Below, one piece after another: positions 37,090-51,395 of a DNA stretch of 64,000 bases. Location: the NCBI GenBank assembly GCA_964016885.1, contig OZ024743.1, positions 238,514,001 to 238,578,000 of the forward strand, written 5' to 3'. The notes beneath the pieces were generated by a model. The model made no database searches. It was given only the letters and a program-made list of their open reading frames with translations, and had not been told where the DNA came from. A program made the position numbers and the translations under genes. The stretch is from Eledone cirrhosa. Lineage: Eukaryota. The stretch's first letter is position 1, and each line of letters opens with the position of its first letter.

Positions 37090-38330
37090 CAAGTGAGAAA
37101 GGGTCACTTACCTTGTTCGTGAAGGGACAGCAGAACCGTCCCTTTCGCTGGTCATGGGTGTTTCCAAGAGGATGTCAGTGTATATCCTCTTGGTAACCGA
37201 CCCTCTGAAGTCTCCAACTGCGTTGGGGAACTTTTGTTTTAAAGGTTTGTACTGTTCTATTGAGATTTCGATGATGCTTATGTTTGTAGGGAGAGTTTTG
37301 GTGTTGGTGGGGTGTAGTAGTTTTTTTCTGTGATGTCTGTGTGCTGCTTTATATATTGTATGAGTTCATTTTTTGCCATGTTTATGGCTGTGTACTTTTT
37401 GGGGGGAGGGGTGATTTTGTTGCTGTTTTCTTCTTGTTGCTGTTTGGTGTGTGTGTCTTGTGTTTGCGTTGTTGGTGTTTTTGGTGGTGCTTGTGGTGGT
37501 GGTGGTGGTGGTGTTGCTGCAAGTTTATTTGCTGCCTTTACCCCTCTTTGTTTGCCTTCGCTTTTGGAGGGTGAATCTAAGGGGTTTTTTGTTTTTTGTT
37601 TTTTGTGGCAGACCGTTTGCCAATTCACTCCTGTTTCAAACTCCATGTCGGATTCTGTGGCGTTTGGGAGGGGTATGTGCTACACGGCTGTTGGTGGTGG
37701 TAGTGGAGCCCTCTTCGGCAATTTTGTTGCTGGTGTAGCTACTTCAAATGTAGCTATTGGTGTTGCCGCCACTGATGATGCTGCTTTAGTTGTCCGTGGC
37801 CTTAGTACGGGTGCTACGGAGGTTGCCCTCCTACTCACCGTGGAAGGGGCTTCTTCGTTTATTGCCTGCCCTGCTCTTGGTAGCACCGGACCAGGTATTG
37901 GAAGGAGAGGGGCCTTCTTCGCTGTCTTCTGCGGGCAAAAGGCCCCTTGACCCTCACAATTTTCTGCCTGCAGTAGCAGGGCACCAAGTCTAACTCCTCA
38001 CTCTTTAGGGTTTCCAAAGAATGAGACTTTGCTTCCCGGGGTGTGGCGAAAAGTACGTCTACTGTGGCGTACTTTCTGCCTCGGGTGATGTGGGTTTTGC
38101 GTGCACAGACGCACCCCAAGGCTTTTTGGATTTGAGCCTCCGTGGCTCTCTCCACTCGATGTGAGATTTTGCTTACGGTGCGGTAAGTCACCGTCCGTAG
38201 CTGCTGGTCCTTGAAAAAATCGGGTGGAGGTTTCAGGGAAACTCTATTTGCGCTTCTTGTTGACATGCTGATAAAGTCTCCCTCTCTCTGTGTTGTCTGA
38301 CAGCGCTCTCTCCCTTTCTTGTGTTATCCA
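37090..38330 (-). pseudogene. ORF1 remnant of copy 2
   Basis: Homologous to copy 1 ORF1; knuckle region deleted. Confidence 0.7.
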
Positions 38331-38567
38331 TGTTGAAATTTTTCAAAAAAATATTTTTACACAAATACGAATACGATCACCCCGTAAAGGGGTGCCGTAT
38401 TATTTACTAGTGAACCCCTGTATTAGGTGGGTCACTTCTTCTAAACTTTTATCAAATTTAAAACTTGAATAAAAGGTTTAGAACGGTTAAAAACGAGGTA
38501 AAACGCTGAAAAAAAACTAGAGGCGATAAGAAGCGTGGCTTCACCAACAACAATAATAATAATAATA

Positions 38568-38876
38568 AATGTGGAAATTGAGAACTAAAACAATATCAGT
38601 GGTTGTAGGCGCTCTAGGAATGATACCTAAGGCGTCTAATGATTACTTATCGCAAATCCCAGGAGACCCGCGTATAGGAGAAATACAAAAGATAGTACTA
38701 ATGGGAACTTCCCATATACTAAGGAAGATTCTGTCAATATAAGTACATCACAAGTCTAAACACCTAATGATGCATGTGTGTGTATGTATGTTCTTTCTTG
38801 AACATGGTGGACTTTGTTGTCTCTTGAGGTCACAGGTTGTGACTTGGTGAACATAAAGCAAGATAAATGCAACTGT
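38568..38876 (+). mobile_element. R4/Dong-like family B, short 3' fragment
   Basis: MWKLRTKTI...ILRKILSI plus 3' UTR and (TAA)n. Confidence 0.9.
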
Positions 38877-38903
38877 AATAATAATAATAATAATAATAAT
38901 AAT

Positions 38904-39044
38904 GCTTTCTTTATTAACAACAATGTTTGACACAAAGTATAACATTAAGGACAACACAGCACAACACAGGACAATACAAATGGGCATTTCTGCGTGTAAA
39001 AAAAAACAGAGGATGTGACAAAAAAGAAACAATGAAAAACTCTC
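38904..39044 (-). mobile_element. Short Tx1-like 3' UTR fragment (same subfamily as 20835-21150)
   Basis: Shares cattaaggaca...tacaaatgggcatttctgcgtgtaaaaaaaa. Confidence 0.8.
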
Positions 39045-39052
39045 TAAGAATA

Positions 39053-42000
39053 ATTTCTTTATTGGCCACAAGTGCCAACATATAGGGGAGAATACAAAAT
39101 CAAGTACAGTGGAGGTTGACATTCAATCGTGTAAAAATGATTTAACAGATAACAACACAATTAAACAATGAAAGTTCCCCAAGAAGAGAGATCACCACCC
39201 ATGGGTGACTCAGGAACCCTACCAATTCTAAACCACTCGACTCTCCTGGGCACTATAGGAGGGCCTCCCTCTCCTCTCTAAACTAGTCAGCCTACAGAAT
39301 CATGGTCAGTGTAGGCCCATTCATGCGGACCATCCTCGTAACATTCACCGACCTTTTCACAAATGTACTAGAGGTGGGGGGTGGGGCACTTATCTCTCCA
39401 CATTCACCTTCCTTTCCAAGTTGAATTTGAAACAGTTGATGAGCGATTGGCCGAAGAGATAAGTGTCTGTATTTAGTTCTTTCGGTCGCGTCCACCACAC
39501 AACCTTTTTCAACAAAACCACTAATCAATGCAAAAAGAAGGCGGTGGGGCTATCTTCACGATGGACTCATACACGCGATAATAGCTGTGTTCGACAAAAC
39601 TCGCTAAGTAAATAACGAACGGATAATAGATGAGTCCGTGCAGAATGGTTTCGTCGCTCTGCGCGCATCTCGGACAGGTACGTTTGACTGCACTTCCGTG
39701 CCTGTAGAGATTATCTAGAATCAGCATTGCCTCAGGTAGCACAGCCAAGTTTTATAGTCTCTGGCTCAAACGTCCTCCGGAACAGACTGATCAGTTAGAT
39801 TACATCAGAGCCCAGAGCTTCTCGGAGAATGTCGTGCATTTTCACACCGCAAGTCCTCTATAGAACTCTAGAGTGGAATTTCTACTGACCATATTGCTCG
39901 ACTGGTAGATTCCGTGTGCCCCGTTCCGATCTTTGCTTGACCCACGACTGCAGCTCGGTCAAAAAGACGAGCAACGGAAAGATATGTCTCCCAAACCAGA
40001 CCCCGAGCAACTCCACCGGTCCGTCCGACAAGCACTCAACGTGGTGGAAAACCAGTTTCATTCTACGATGACAGCCCTTCCACGTCCCGTTTCTAGCAAG
40101 GTGCCCTGCAACGTCTCCAGCTTCTGCAATAATAGCTTAAGAGTCAATACGTACAGAAGAGAAGAGAGAAGGCAAACTTGATGGACCGAGAGCACTATCT
40201 GGAACAGTTCCGATAGCTGGCTGTTGACTTTGATCACCGAACAGATGCCACTGTGCATTGGCGCATTCCAGCCTCTGAAGACAGGGCCGAAGCCAACTGT
40301 CTTTTATGCCAGCCTCCAAGTATTGATGGTCGACCCTATCGAAAGCCCCACCGAAACCAAGTTTACTCCCTATCTTCTCTATGATGTATCGCATGAGGTA
40401 GAGATTGTTGTGTATGAACCCGGTCGGGATAGCGCACGTTTGCACCTCCCTCCCCCCCCTACCAGGCTGGCAGCAAGTGTCAACCTCGTTGCCAGAACCC
40501 TGACCATAATCTTAAACTCTGTGCTGAGCAGAGTTATGAACCGGAAATTATCAATGACGTCTCTCTTGTTCTCGACATTCTTCATCGGCGTTATTACACC
40601 CCAACTCACAAAACTGGGAATAATCCCATTCTGCTGCCAGTTGCAGTAGATGTCCTGGAGAAGATTGGAGAACAAGTCTGGCATATCTACGTAAAACTTA
40701 TAGGGCAGACCATCCAAACCGGGTGTTTCCCTTATTCCAATTATTGTTATCAGTCTTTTGCAGTCACCGACACTCATGGCAGTCCGTCGAGGTAGGAACT
40801 GGAACCCGCCACTATCTCCGATCCCTCTTCCCGAACACTCGTGCAAAATGCTGGCGAAAAGCCGCAAATATCTGTTTGTAATCGACCAGCACGCACCCGT
40901 ATATGTCTGTTAAAGACCGAATTGTGGTTTTGTTTCCACGTTGCGCCTCTACCACTCGGGCCCATCGAACATTTCTCCCATTTCTCTGAGCACACGCCTT
41001 AGCTCTGACAATGTAACCTTCATGTTTCACATGGAAGAAATAATCTAGTTCCATTCTCGCAGCTAGCACGTCGGTTGAAATACCACTTCTACTCGTCTGT
41101 TGTAATCTAGCTACTAGTTCCCCCTCCTTTCTATGCTTCTATCGCTTCTTCTTTAGTAAAAGCTATTGATTCAACTCTAATCAATCTCTTGATAGAATCT
41201 CACCCTGTCAACCTCTGCTTAACCGCCGGGAGCGATGCATTAAACTTCCAGTAACAAGGCCCCTGTTCTATCTAGCTCGAGCATGCAGATCACAAATATG
41301 TGGTCTGCATAGGCGTCTATTTGAAATTGTAGACACGCTGTGCTATCCCTATCTGATGACCCAATGTAAAACAAATCTATTTACAATCTAGATGACCCTT
41401 ATGCGATTGGTCCAGGTTCACGCTGGCGCATTCGGGAAATCTGGTCGGTACCTGCAAGAAAGTTAGAATGTCTGATTAGGTACTTGAGGCTTTTACACCC
41501 CCAGTCCCCGCCACAACTTCTATCTGTTACTCGCTCACAATCTCTGTGTGTGTCTAAGATCTCGTTTCCCTTCCCCGTAGAAAGACTTCCAGTGGCCTGA
41601 AGAAATCCGTCCAACCCCAGCTGGAGGTAGACAGCCACTAGTCGACTAGTCGAAAGCCATCATTTCGCTATTTCTCACATCTGGATAACAAATGTAACGT
41701 ACGGGATGCAGGGAGATCATCCCTACCTCGAAATACAGGCTTTCTTAAACAGCACTGCCACTGCGCCCCCTATTCGAGGCCGACATCGCGATGTGTAAAA
41801 TCGGGGAGAGCGCGTACGTCAGAAATCTTGGTCTCGCTGACGGCAGTCGCATCCATATCTAGTGACCTGAGGTCGCTCAGCAAGTGACTTTGCTTCCAGA
41901 ACGACCCTAACTCGCGAACATTTAAGCCTTTTACTGTTATAATAGCCCTGTTGACTGCTTAGTGAAGAGAGAGAAAAAGGGGGCTAGTTACACTCCGGGT

Positions 42001-43740
42001 TCTCTTGAAGAGCATGTGGCTCAACCTCTATATTTGGTGGGATTTCTTTCGGGAACCCCTTTAAGAGCCTAGTGGTGGCATTCACATTAGGGTCCCCACA
42101 ACATGCGTAAAGCTTCCTTTAATGCTTTTATAGGCATCCAGCGACATTCGTATCATCATTAGAGTTTCAGGCACTCTAAATGAGCTGGTGCTAAAAATCT
42201 TCCCTTATTTCTCAATCTCATTACTTCCTATGATGGCCATCAGTTCTTGGTTGGCCCTTCTTACAAGCACGAAGTCTGTATGTGGTGTTGTTTGCTGTTG
42301 ATTTATTATTTTTTTTTGTGTGTTTTCTTTTAGTAGTGGTTGCGATAGCGTTTATAGTGGTTGTGTTATGAGTTGAGTGTTTGGTGTGGGTGTAGGTTTT
42401 GTTTTCTGGATTTGGGATTGGTATCTGACAGGAAGTGTTATCTGACGTTTTGTGTGTCTTTTCTTTTAGTTTTTGGGTTTGTGTTTCCTCTCCTCCTTCA
42501 CCGTGAGAAGAAGAGTTGCATGTGTCTGATAATTGTGGGCATGCAAGTGTTTTTGTGGTTTTGTGCAGTGCGCGCGCGCGCGCGCGTGTGTGTGTGTGTT
42601 ATTGCGCGTGTTTAGAGCGAGTGGAGAGAGAGGGAGAGCTTTCTTTACTGGGTGATTTTGTTGGAGTCTATTGTTGTTAGTAGTAATTTCATTGTGGCTG
42701 TTGATGATGTTGTTGGTCTTGGTACTGTCGTTTCTGCTGCTGCTGGTGTTGTTGGTGCCACTGTTACTGTTGTTGTTGTGGCTGTTGAGGCCAAGATTTG
42801 GTTGCAGAGTGGGGCCTAGGGTTCCCTGACTCGTGTTGAGTACAGAAAGCTCTCATGTGTCCCGTCTGCCCATAAAGATGGCAACAAGATCTGTTCCCTT
42901 CATCACTGATGTGGAGTTCTACTCCATCCGGCAAGTGAATAATGTCTGGGATATTTTCGATCTTTTCTGGTTTGATGTGGCGGAGTAGCTGCATACTGAT
43001 CTCAGACCAGTTTTCTCTCTTTGTCCTCTTCACTTCGAGAAGGGTGTCGCTCACATACATATCAGGTTCCACCAGATATCCAGCTCTGGTGGGATTCCTA
43101 CAATTCTGATCTTTACGGTTCTTTTACCCAGGTACGGGAGATAGAATAGGAATTTGTCTGTCTGGCACGGGACCACAAATCTTTTACGGCCTGGGTTTCA
43201 CTCTTGAAGAGCACCAAAATAGTACCAAATTACTGTGTTGGATGTATGGCAACATGTAGTTGCCATTTTCGTTGTCGTTCTTAACTGCGTTACTGTTATT
43301 TTTGTCGTTTGCATCTATTATATGTGTTGTTGTAGTTATGGTGGTGGTGGTGATGTTGGTGTTGGTCGTGAAGGAGGCAGTGTTATTGTTAGTATTGTTG
43401 TTACTTTTGTCGCTATTTTCTTTTGTTGTTCTTGTGATGGTGATGGCGGTGTTAACATTTTTATCAGCGGGAAATTCGTTTCATAGTTTTTTCGTGCTGT
43501 GTCGTTATTGTTGTTGTTGTTGTTGTTGTTGTTGCTGCTGCTGTTGCTCCTGCAACTACTGCTACTGTTGCTTGCTGCAGTCACTGACGTTTACTATTTT
43601 AGTGTTCCATTCTGCGGATGGCCGGCTCATACACACCTTTGTTTTTGTTTTGATTTTATATAGATGGGTGTGTTTGATAAATACAACAAGGTTTAGCCAC
43701 TAAGGGCTGCCGGATTGTGCAAATAGCGGTCTACCCATCT
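39053..43740 (-). mobile_element. Tx1/L1-clade LINE, copy 3, heavily degenerate
   Basis: ORF2 remnants ~41950-39292 (PGLDGLPY, AFDRVDH, CPRCAQSDETILH); ORF1 remnant with CCHLYGQTGHMRAFC at 42764-43072; 3' end cttgtggccaataaagaaatt. Confidence 0.88.
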
Positions 43741-44376
43741 ACACTAACAACCACTACAATCACCATCACCCCTACCTAACACACATCCACACACTCAAGC
43801 TATGTGTACGTCCATTATTCTGACGTTAGTGTACCAGAGATACAGATTATGTATGCACCTCATATTCTAAATCCTTCTTGTGTATATATCTTGTGAACAA
43901 TTTAACTACTGCCTTTTCTTGACCTTTGCAAACTGTGGGCAACCCAACATTATTCTCTTTTTTCCAAAACTTACAAATATTTTTTCAAACCTTTTCCTAA
44001 ATCTTTTTACTCCTACTAATGTTGACCCTACACAGGGCCTAAGCAGTAGCACTTATATACAATGATTATATTTTATATATTTTCATTTATATTTTCTTTT
44101 ATATTGCTATTACCTTCACCATCATCATCATTGTATTTCAACTACCTCAGCATTATCTCCATTAGTTTTATCCTTGTTGCTACTGAAATCTTCATTGCAG
44201 CTAGAAGTAAAAACTTTAACAGTACTGCAGGGCACAGACTACAGAATAACACTATTCTATCATTCTCCACTGATTCACTGCTTCTTAACATTACCAAATA
44301 GCCTTTTGCTAATTTTACCTGTTTGCTAATTCTATTTAATCAACTGCTATTTCATTAACTGATTCGCACTCATTTT

Positions 44377-44443
<67 letters not shown>

Positions 44444-44713
44444 CCACCACCACCATTTCACGTGACTTTATAAAGAGATCTCGTTCAAAATGTTACTTTG
44501 CGCCTGGCATAGGCCTAAGCCCTGCACTGATACTTCATACGCTCGGCACTACCATGTACAGACTGCAATAGTCAACATGACTAAGCCTTGAAACCTAAGG
44601 TAGCGTAAAACAGTTTACGTGCATGGATCCTAATTATAAATTAGCTCCCTTGCACTACATACCGCAGACGTTTTCCTTTTCTTTCCCACAAATATTTTCG
44701 CTGCATAACCCCT

Positions 44714-44764
<51 letters not shown>

Positions 44765-44767
<3 letters not shown>

Positions 44768-45674
44768 GAAATAGTCTTTAAACTATACAGAGCATTTGAA
44801 GTTTTTCCAAATTGAAGGATAAGTACTTTAGACTTTATTTTATCATGAGTTAAGGCTCTATTGATTTTTCCCTGGATTTCACTAAATTCTGTGGATGAAT
44901 TTATATCCTGATTCTCTTTGAGATGAGTTTGAATTATTTTTCCCACATCTTACGTTAACTATTTTTCCCATTTTGACGCGAAAGTCACTTATATATTATG
45001 GAATGCTGTTCGCTTTTCGCTGCAGTGTTTTCTATACCTTTCATTTATATATTTATACTCGGAATTTTTCCTCGAGTGCTTAAATTATTTGTGACTAATC
45101 CCGGTTTTTTTAATAAAAAACTGCGATAATATTGCTTTTTACTGAACTCCTTATTGTAGAGTTTTTTTTTCGGAATGTTTTTGACTGCTGTTTCTTGTAA
45201 ACAAACATTCGTCTCATTCTGACGTCAATAGCCATGTATTTCCTAATGTGCGTTTTTCATAATCACGCATGATGTTGAACTGGCCAGCTTTAAAATTCCC
45301 TTTTTGGCATATTAATCTGAGAGAGTCCTGGTTACCGAGTTGAGCTCTGCTGATGATGAATTCCAACCGTGACCATCTCCACTGAAAGTTTTCATGAAAT
45401 AGTCTTTAAAACTATACAGAGCATTTGAAGTTTTTCCAAATTGAAGGATAAGTACTTTAGACTTTATTTTATCATGAGTTAAGGCTCTATTGATTTTTCC
45501 CTGGATTTCACTAAATTCTGTGGATGAATTTATATCCTGATTCTCTTTGAGATGAGTTTGAATTATTTTTCCCACATTTTACGTTAACTATTTTTCCCAT
45601 TTTGACGCTATAGTCACTTATATATTATGGAATGCTGTTCGCTTTTCGCTGCAGTGTTTTCTATACCTTTCATT

Positions 45675-45680
<6 letters not shown>
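44765..45680. repeat. (TA)n-flanked unit with ~290-bp near-identical direct repeats
   Basis: 44765-~45050 is near-identical to 45393-~45680. Confidence 0.85.
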
Positions 45681-45723
<43 letters not shown>

Positions 45724-45840
45724 ATTTTGAGTATGTGTTGGTTGTTTACCAACATTTCAGTAAGCAGGTTTGTCTTTTTACTCCGGAGTAATGTAAAAAC
45801 AAGAAGTGTAAGTGTAACCTGGTGACTTACACTTCTTGTT

Positions 45841-45918
<78 letters not shown>

Positions 45919-45920
<2 letters not shown>

Positions 45921-46590
45921 AAAGTTCTATTTAAATTGTTGGGATACAAAAAGCAAATATTTTTATAACTGATATAAAGCACTCAACAATAATTTTTAAT
46001 AATATAGTCTTAATAATAATATATAGATTTCTTAATATATAGATCCCAATTTTTAATGTATTGATCTCAATATTTAACTGATTAACTAAACATTTAATCA
46101 TATTTAAACAATGGTTAAATTTCTCATATATATGTATATTCCATTCATGATTATTAACATTTCTAATTTTTTTTATTCATTTCATCTCAAATGTTAAGAT
46201 AACTCAACAAGATATGTCTTAGAGTTTTCGCTCTCTCTCCTTTCTCTTTCTCCTCTCTCTCTCTCTCTCTTTTTTATTTATTTTTTTTCTCTCTGTTGTT
46301 CTGCTCTCTCTCTCTCTTTCTTTTTCTCCGTAATCCAACGGCTTATTTAAAAATATCCAATACTAACTTACCTAATAATATAATTAAAGTTATAACTCCA
46401 CTATCCGGGAGCTTCTAACAGCAATGGTTGCTTTCGTTAAGGTTATGTCAATATTTATTTATAAAACTGCTCTATATTATATTTTATCTGATGAAAGCAC
46501 ACCATAATTTAACTTGGTGTCCTTGAAATATGTATAATGAAATAAATATGGTTTTATAAATATAGTTTCCATTTGTTAATATCGTATATA
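45919..46590 (+). mobile_element. pLTR-type element with inverted terminal piece, in (TA)n
   Basis: 45919-45990 is the reverse complement of 11765-11835; 46415-46590 matches 11580-11750. Confidence 0.7.
46480..46544 (+). ncRNA. Hammerhead ribozyme
   Basis: Same motif as 11642-11706. Confidence 0.8.
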
Positions 46591-46592
46591 CA

Positions 46593-46670
<78 letters not shown>

Positions 46671-46854
46671 CCGTCACATACATACACACACATATATATA
46701 GCCGACCACACACACATGTACCATCAGATGACGACACGACATAGATACACAGGTTATACAGTTTGTATGTGGAAGTAGAAGGTATACATTTAACACAAAA
46801 GATATCAATTAGTAGGTGTTTCTACTACACTTTCATTTGCCTACTAACGTCGAC

Positions 46855-46926
46855 AAACACCACCACCTCCTTCTCCTCCTCCACCTCAACATCATCATCA
46901 CCATCACCATCATCATCATCATCCTT

Positions 46927-46964
<38 letters not shown>

Positions 46965-48075
46965 TATCATCATCATTGTCGTCGTCATCATCGTCATCAC
47001 CCCCCCCGTCACCACCACCACCACCATCATCATCCTCGTCATCACCACTCCCGTCATCAACCTCATCATCACCATACCACCATAAATAAAATGCGCCACC
47101 CTAACCAGCAGCCCCAACAACATTGTCAACATCACAACTAACACTGACACCACTCTCGTTACCATTGCAAACAAGCGACACTATATCACAGCTACCACAA
47201 CTACTGCCAACACTAACAAACACCACTAACCACCTCACCACAACCAACACAACCACCGGCAATAATACATAAGATAGCAGCAGCAGCAGCAGCAGCAGCA
47301 GTAGCAGCATGGCCCACTGCCGATATCATGGCAATCATAACCACCACCACCACCACCGCCACCACCACCATAAATAACAACAACACAACCACCACCACAC
47401 CCAAACACCACCACAGTCACCACCACCACCGTCACCACTATCACCACAGTCACCACCACCACCGTCAGCACCATCAGCACCATCACCACCACCACCAACA
47501 CCACCCACCGCCACCGCCACCGTCATCATCACCACCACCACCACCACCACCACTACATTCACCCCACCGTTACCACCGTTACCATCGTCATCACCACCAT
47601 CACCACCACCACCACCACCCACCGCCCACCGCCACCGCCACCGTCATCATCGCCACCACCACCACCACTACCACCACCACCGCTACCTTCACCTCCACCG
47701 TTACCACCGTCACCACCATCACCACCGTCACCGTCATCATCGCCACCACCACCACCACCACTACCACCACCACCACCGCTACCTTCACCTCCACCGTTAC
47801 CACCGTCACCACCATCACCACCACCACCACCACTGTCATCATCACCACCACCACCACCACCACTACCGCCACCACCGCTACCTTCACCCCCACCGTTACC
47901 ACCGTTACCACCATCACCACCATCATCATCACCACCACCACTACCACTACCACAACCACCGCTACCTTCACCCCCACTGTTACCACCGTTACCACCGTCA
48001 CCACCGTCACCACCATCACCACCATCATCATCACCACCACCACCAACAACAACAATATCACCACCACCATCACCA
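46855..48075. repeat. (CAT)n/(CAC)n trinucleotide low-complexity region with higher-order units
   Basis: Recurring accgctaccttcacc(t/c)ccaccgttaccaccg units. Confidence 0.9.
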
Positions 48076-48205
48076 CTCTACCAGAAGGGAGTTTCGTTGC
48101 CGAAATTGCGAGGATAATCTCAGTTGATTGAAGTTTCTTTTCCCAACTAGTTATATTCACACTACCAGATTATATACTCTAAAGCATTTTCGACTCTACA
48201 CTTTG

Positions 48206-48206
<1 letters not shown>

Positions 48207-48280
<74 letters not shown>

Positions 48281-48635
48281 ATATCCACAGACAAACACAG
48301 ACATACACACATACACACACACACATACACTCACATTCACACACATACACACGCACACACACACACTCATATCCACAGACAAATACACACATACACACAT
48401 ACACACACACACACTCACATTCACACACATACACACGCACACGCACACATACACACGCACACGCACACGCACACACACACACACTCACACACACACACTC
48501 ATATCCACACACAAACACACACATACACACATACACACACACACACTCACATTCACACATATACACACGCACACGCACACACACACACTCACACACACAT
48601 ACACACTCATATCCACAGCCAAACACACACATATG
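48207..48635. repeat. (CA)n-derived minisatellite
   Basis: Repeated actcatatccacag...actcacattcacac units. Confidence 0.9.
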
Positions 48636-49137
48636 TATGCATGTGGGAGGTTGTGTTTATATGCATGTGTATTTGTGTTTGCATGTTTATAACTGAAATT
48701 GTCAGCATCATTGTTTTGTGAGAAGAATATTTCACACAACGACGTCATCGCCGCTGACGCTACACAAATAATACGATTACTATTGCGATAATAATTTGGT
48801 TTTTATTCATATTTCTTAACAATAATTTTCTATCTAAGCTGTTGGTCCGTAATAAACAGAAATTGTTCAAGGTGAAAATAAAACACCACCACCACCACCA
48901 CCAACAGCAACAACAACAACAACAACAACACCACAAGTATCAGCAACAACAAAAATAAAACTAATAAAAAATAAAAATAAAAATATTATCACAGAAAGAA
49001 GGTTAGAAAGAATGCCGATCATTTAAAAAAACAAATATATACACATTTTCAATTTAGATCGATTCTCATTGCTAATTATGTTGCTTGTGTTGTGTTATTG
49101 TTGGTGGCGCTGTCGTCGCTGTTCTACGTAGGAAGGG

Positions 49138-49173
<36 letters not shown>

Positions 49174-49263
49174 CGAGAGAGCGAGAGAGATAGACAGAGA
49201 GAGAGAGAAAGTGTGTCAAATGGATAGATATAGAATGGGATATATCTGAACACATACACACAA

Positions 49264-49315
<52 letters not shown>

Positions 49316-49507
49316 GGTCTCCCCGAAAAATTTACACACACTTCAACAGCATTCTAATAAATATTGCCTGTACAGGTAATTAAAGTGTGTATACATTGTT
49401 TTGGGACACCTTGTATATAAACACACACACACACACACACATATATATATTATATATATATATATATGTATATGTATAAATATATATATATATATGTATA
49501 TGTATAA

Positions 49508-49551
<44 letters not shown>

Positions 49552-49807
49552 ACATATATATGTATGTATGTATATATATGTATGTATGTATATATATATA
49601 TATATATTTATATATATAGCGAGATAGGGATAGTACAATAGAGAGGTAGATTGAGAGTGGGACAGTGGGAGAAAAAGAGAAGAAAGACAGTGAAATAAGC
49701 ATAGAAAAATAGCAAGATTTAGAGAGAGGGAGTGAAACAGAGTGAGAGAGAGAGAGAGAGTGAGAGAGAGAGAGAGATTAGAAAAATATAACATTTCATG
49801 TTTAAAC

Positions 49808-49840
<33 letters not shown>

Positions 49841-50163
49841 AAGAGATTGTGTGAGAGAGAGAGAGATTGTGTGAGAGAGAGAGAGAGTGTGAGAGAGGGA
49901 GAAAGAGAGAGAAAGAGAGAGAGTGAGAGAGAGAGTGAAATTAAATTAAAGTGTTGTATAGATCAAACTCTGATATTAATTTAATTAAATCTCAATGCTA
50001 TTTTAACACCTGCCTCTTCACAAGGTGTCATGTTGGTAGATATTCTTGACACTTCACACTAAATACTTCTAAATGTGCTGAGCACATGTCGACTTTCATA
50101 TACTTAGCTGCACATATAGACACAATGACTTTTACATTCCTCTGTAATACACATACACACACT

Positions 50164-50202
<39 letters not shown>

Positions 50203-50282
50203 CAATAAATATACGAATATATATATATTCGTATATGTATCCGAACCTATATGCATATATACATATGAAAACACATATGTAT

Positions 50283-50329
<47 letters not shown>

Positions 50330-50390
50330 TATATATGTATATATATATATTTATATATATATATATATATATATATAGTAGAATAATCGA

Positions 50391-50461
<71 letters not shown>

Positions 50462-50494
50462 AACACATACATGTATCGATACACACACACACAG

Positions 50495-50537
<43 letters not shown>

Positions 50538-50844
50538 TGTGTATATATATATATATATACACATACATGCATTAATGGATGTATTTTGCATGTGCTTTCA
50601 GATAGATTAACATCGCCACAGACATAGGTACAGACTCTAACATATCTAGAAGTATAATCTAGTAATGACTACAACACCTGTACACAATGTTTACACACGC
50701 CTCTCTCTTTATCTCTGTCTCTTTCTTTCCCTCAGCAAACACAGTTGCTCTGACAGACAAATGTACATACATAGACGGTTACATATATGTATCAGTGCAA
50801 TTTATTTATGTATATACATACATATACACACACACATACATGTG

Positions 50845-51018
50845 TATCGGTAGAGGGTCGGACGCCATGCTTTGCGGCATAGTTATGTCCCTTTACGATC
50901 TGAGTTCAAAGCCCGCTGAGGTTGACTTTGCCTTTCATCCTTACGGGGTCGATAAAATAAAGTACCAGTAATACACTGGTATAATTGCTGGCCTTGTGCC
51001 AAGAAGTAGAAACAATTA
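50845..51018 (+). mobile_element. SINE
   Basis: B-box, core and tail present. Confidence 0.9.
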
Positions 51019-51286
51019 TATATAAATCAAGTAAGAATATTTTCGAAACAGCGAGTTGATTTGAAATTATTAAAATGTTAGCTATCGCCGTATTTTGACT
51101 AAAGAAATTAAAGAAATTATTTAGCCTGATAGTGGGGTTAAGAACCCTCGGAGAAATGGAAAAAGATGAGTATTGACGTACATGTACGTCAATACTCACC
51201 TTTTTGAAGGGACGGGCGTGGTGGAATTGAAAACAATATTTTTAGAGAAAAATAACATTTCCATTCATGTTACCATATGTGTGTGC

Positions 51287-51344
<58 letters not shown>

Positions 51345-51354
51345 ATGTATGTGT

Positions 51355-51390
<36 letters not shown>

Positions 51391-51395
<5 letters not shown>

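Larger units (their letters stand above)
33457..38545 (-). mobile_element. Tx1/L1-clade LINE, copy 2 (both ends present, internal deletions)
   Basis: 3' end gcccttgtggccaataaagaaatc followed by (ATT)n; 5' GG after an ATT/GTT run. Confidence 0.93.

Noticed and set aside
20782-38903. CRISPR-like repeat-spacer reading of the (TAA)n-separated units
   Set aside because: The repeats are variable-length microsatellites and the spacers are retrotransposon fragments in eukaryotic DNA; there are no cas genes.
43790-44380. Possible decayed LINE RT C-terminal fragment on the minus strand
   Set aside because: Only a vague resemblance, with many stops and no diagnostic motif.
47328-48131. Mucin-like Thr/His-rich 267-aa ORF
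   Set aside because: CAC/ACC repeats lack stop codons by composition; no convincing splice or signal evidence.
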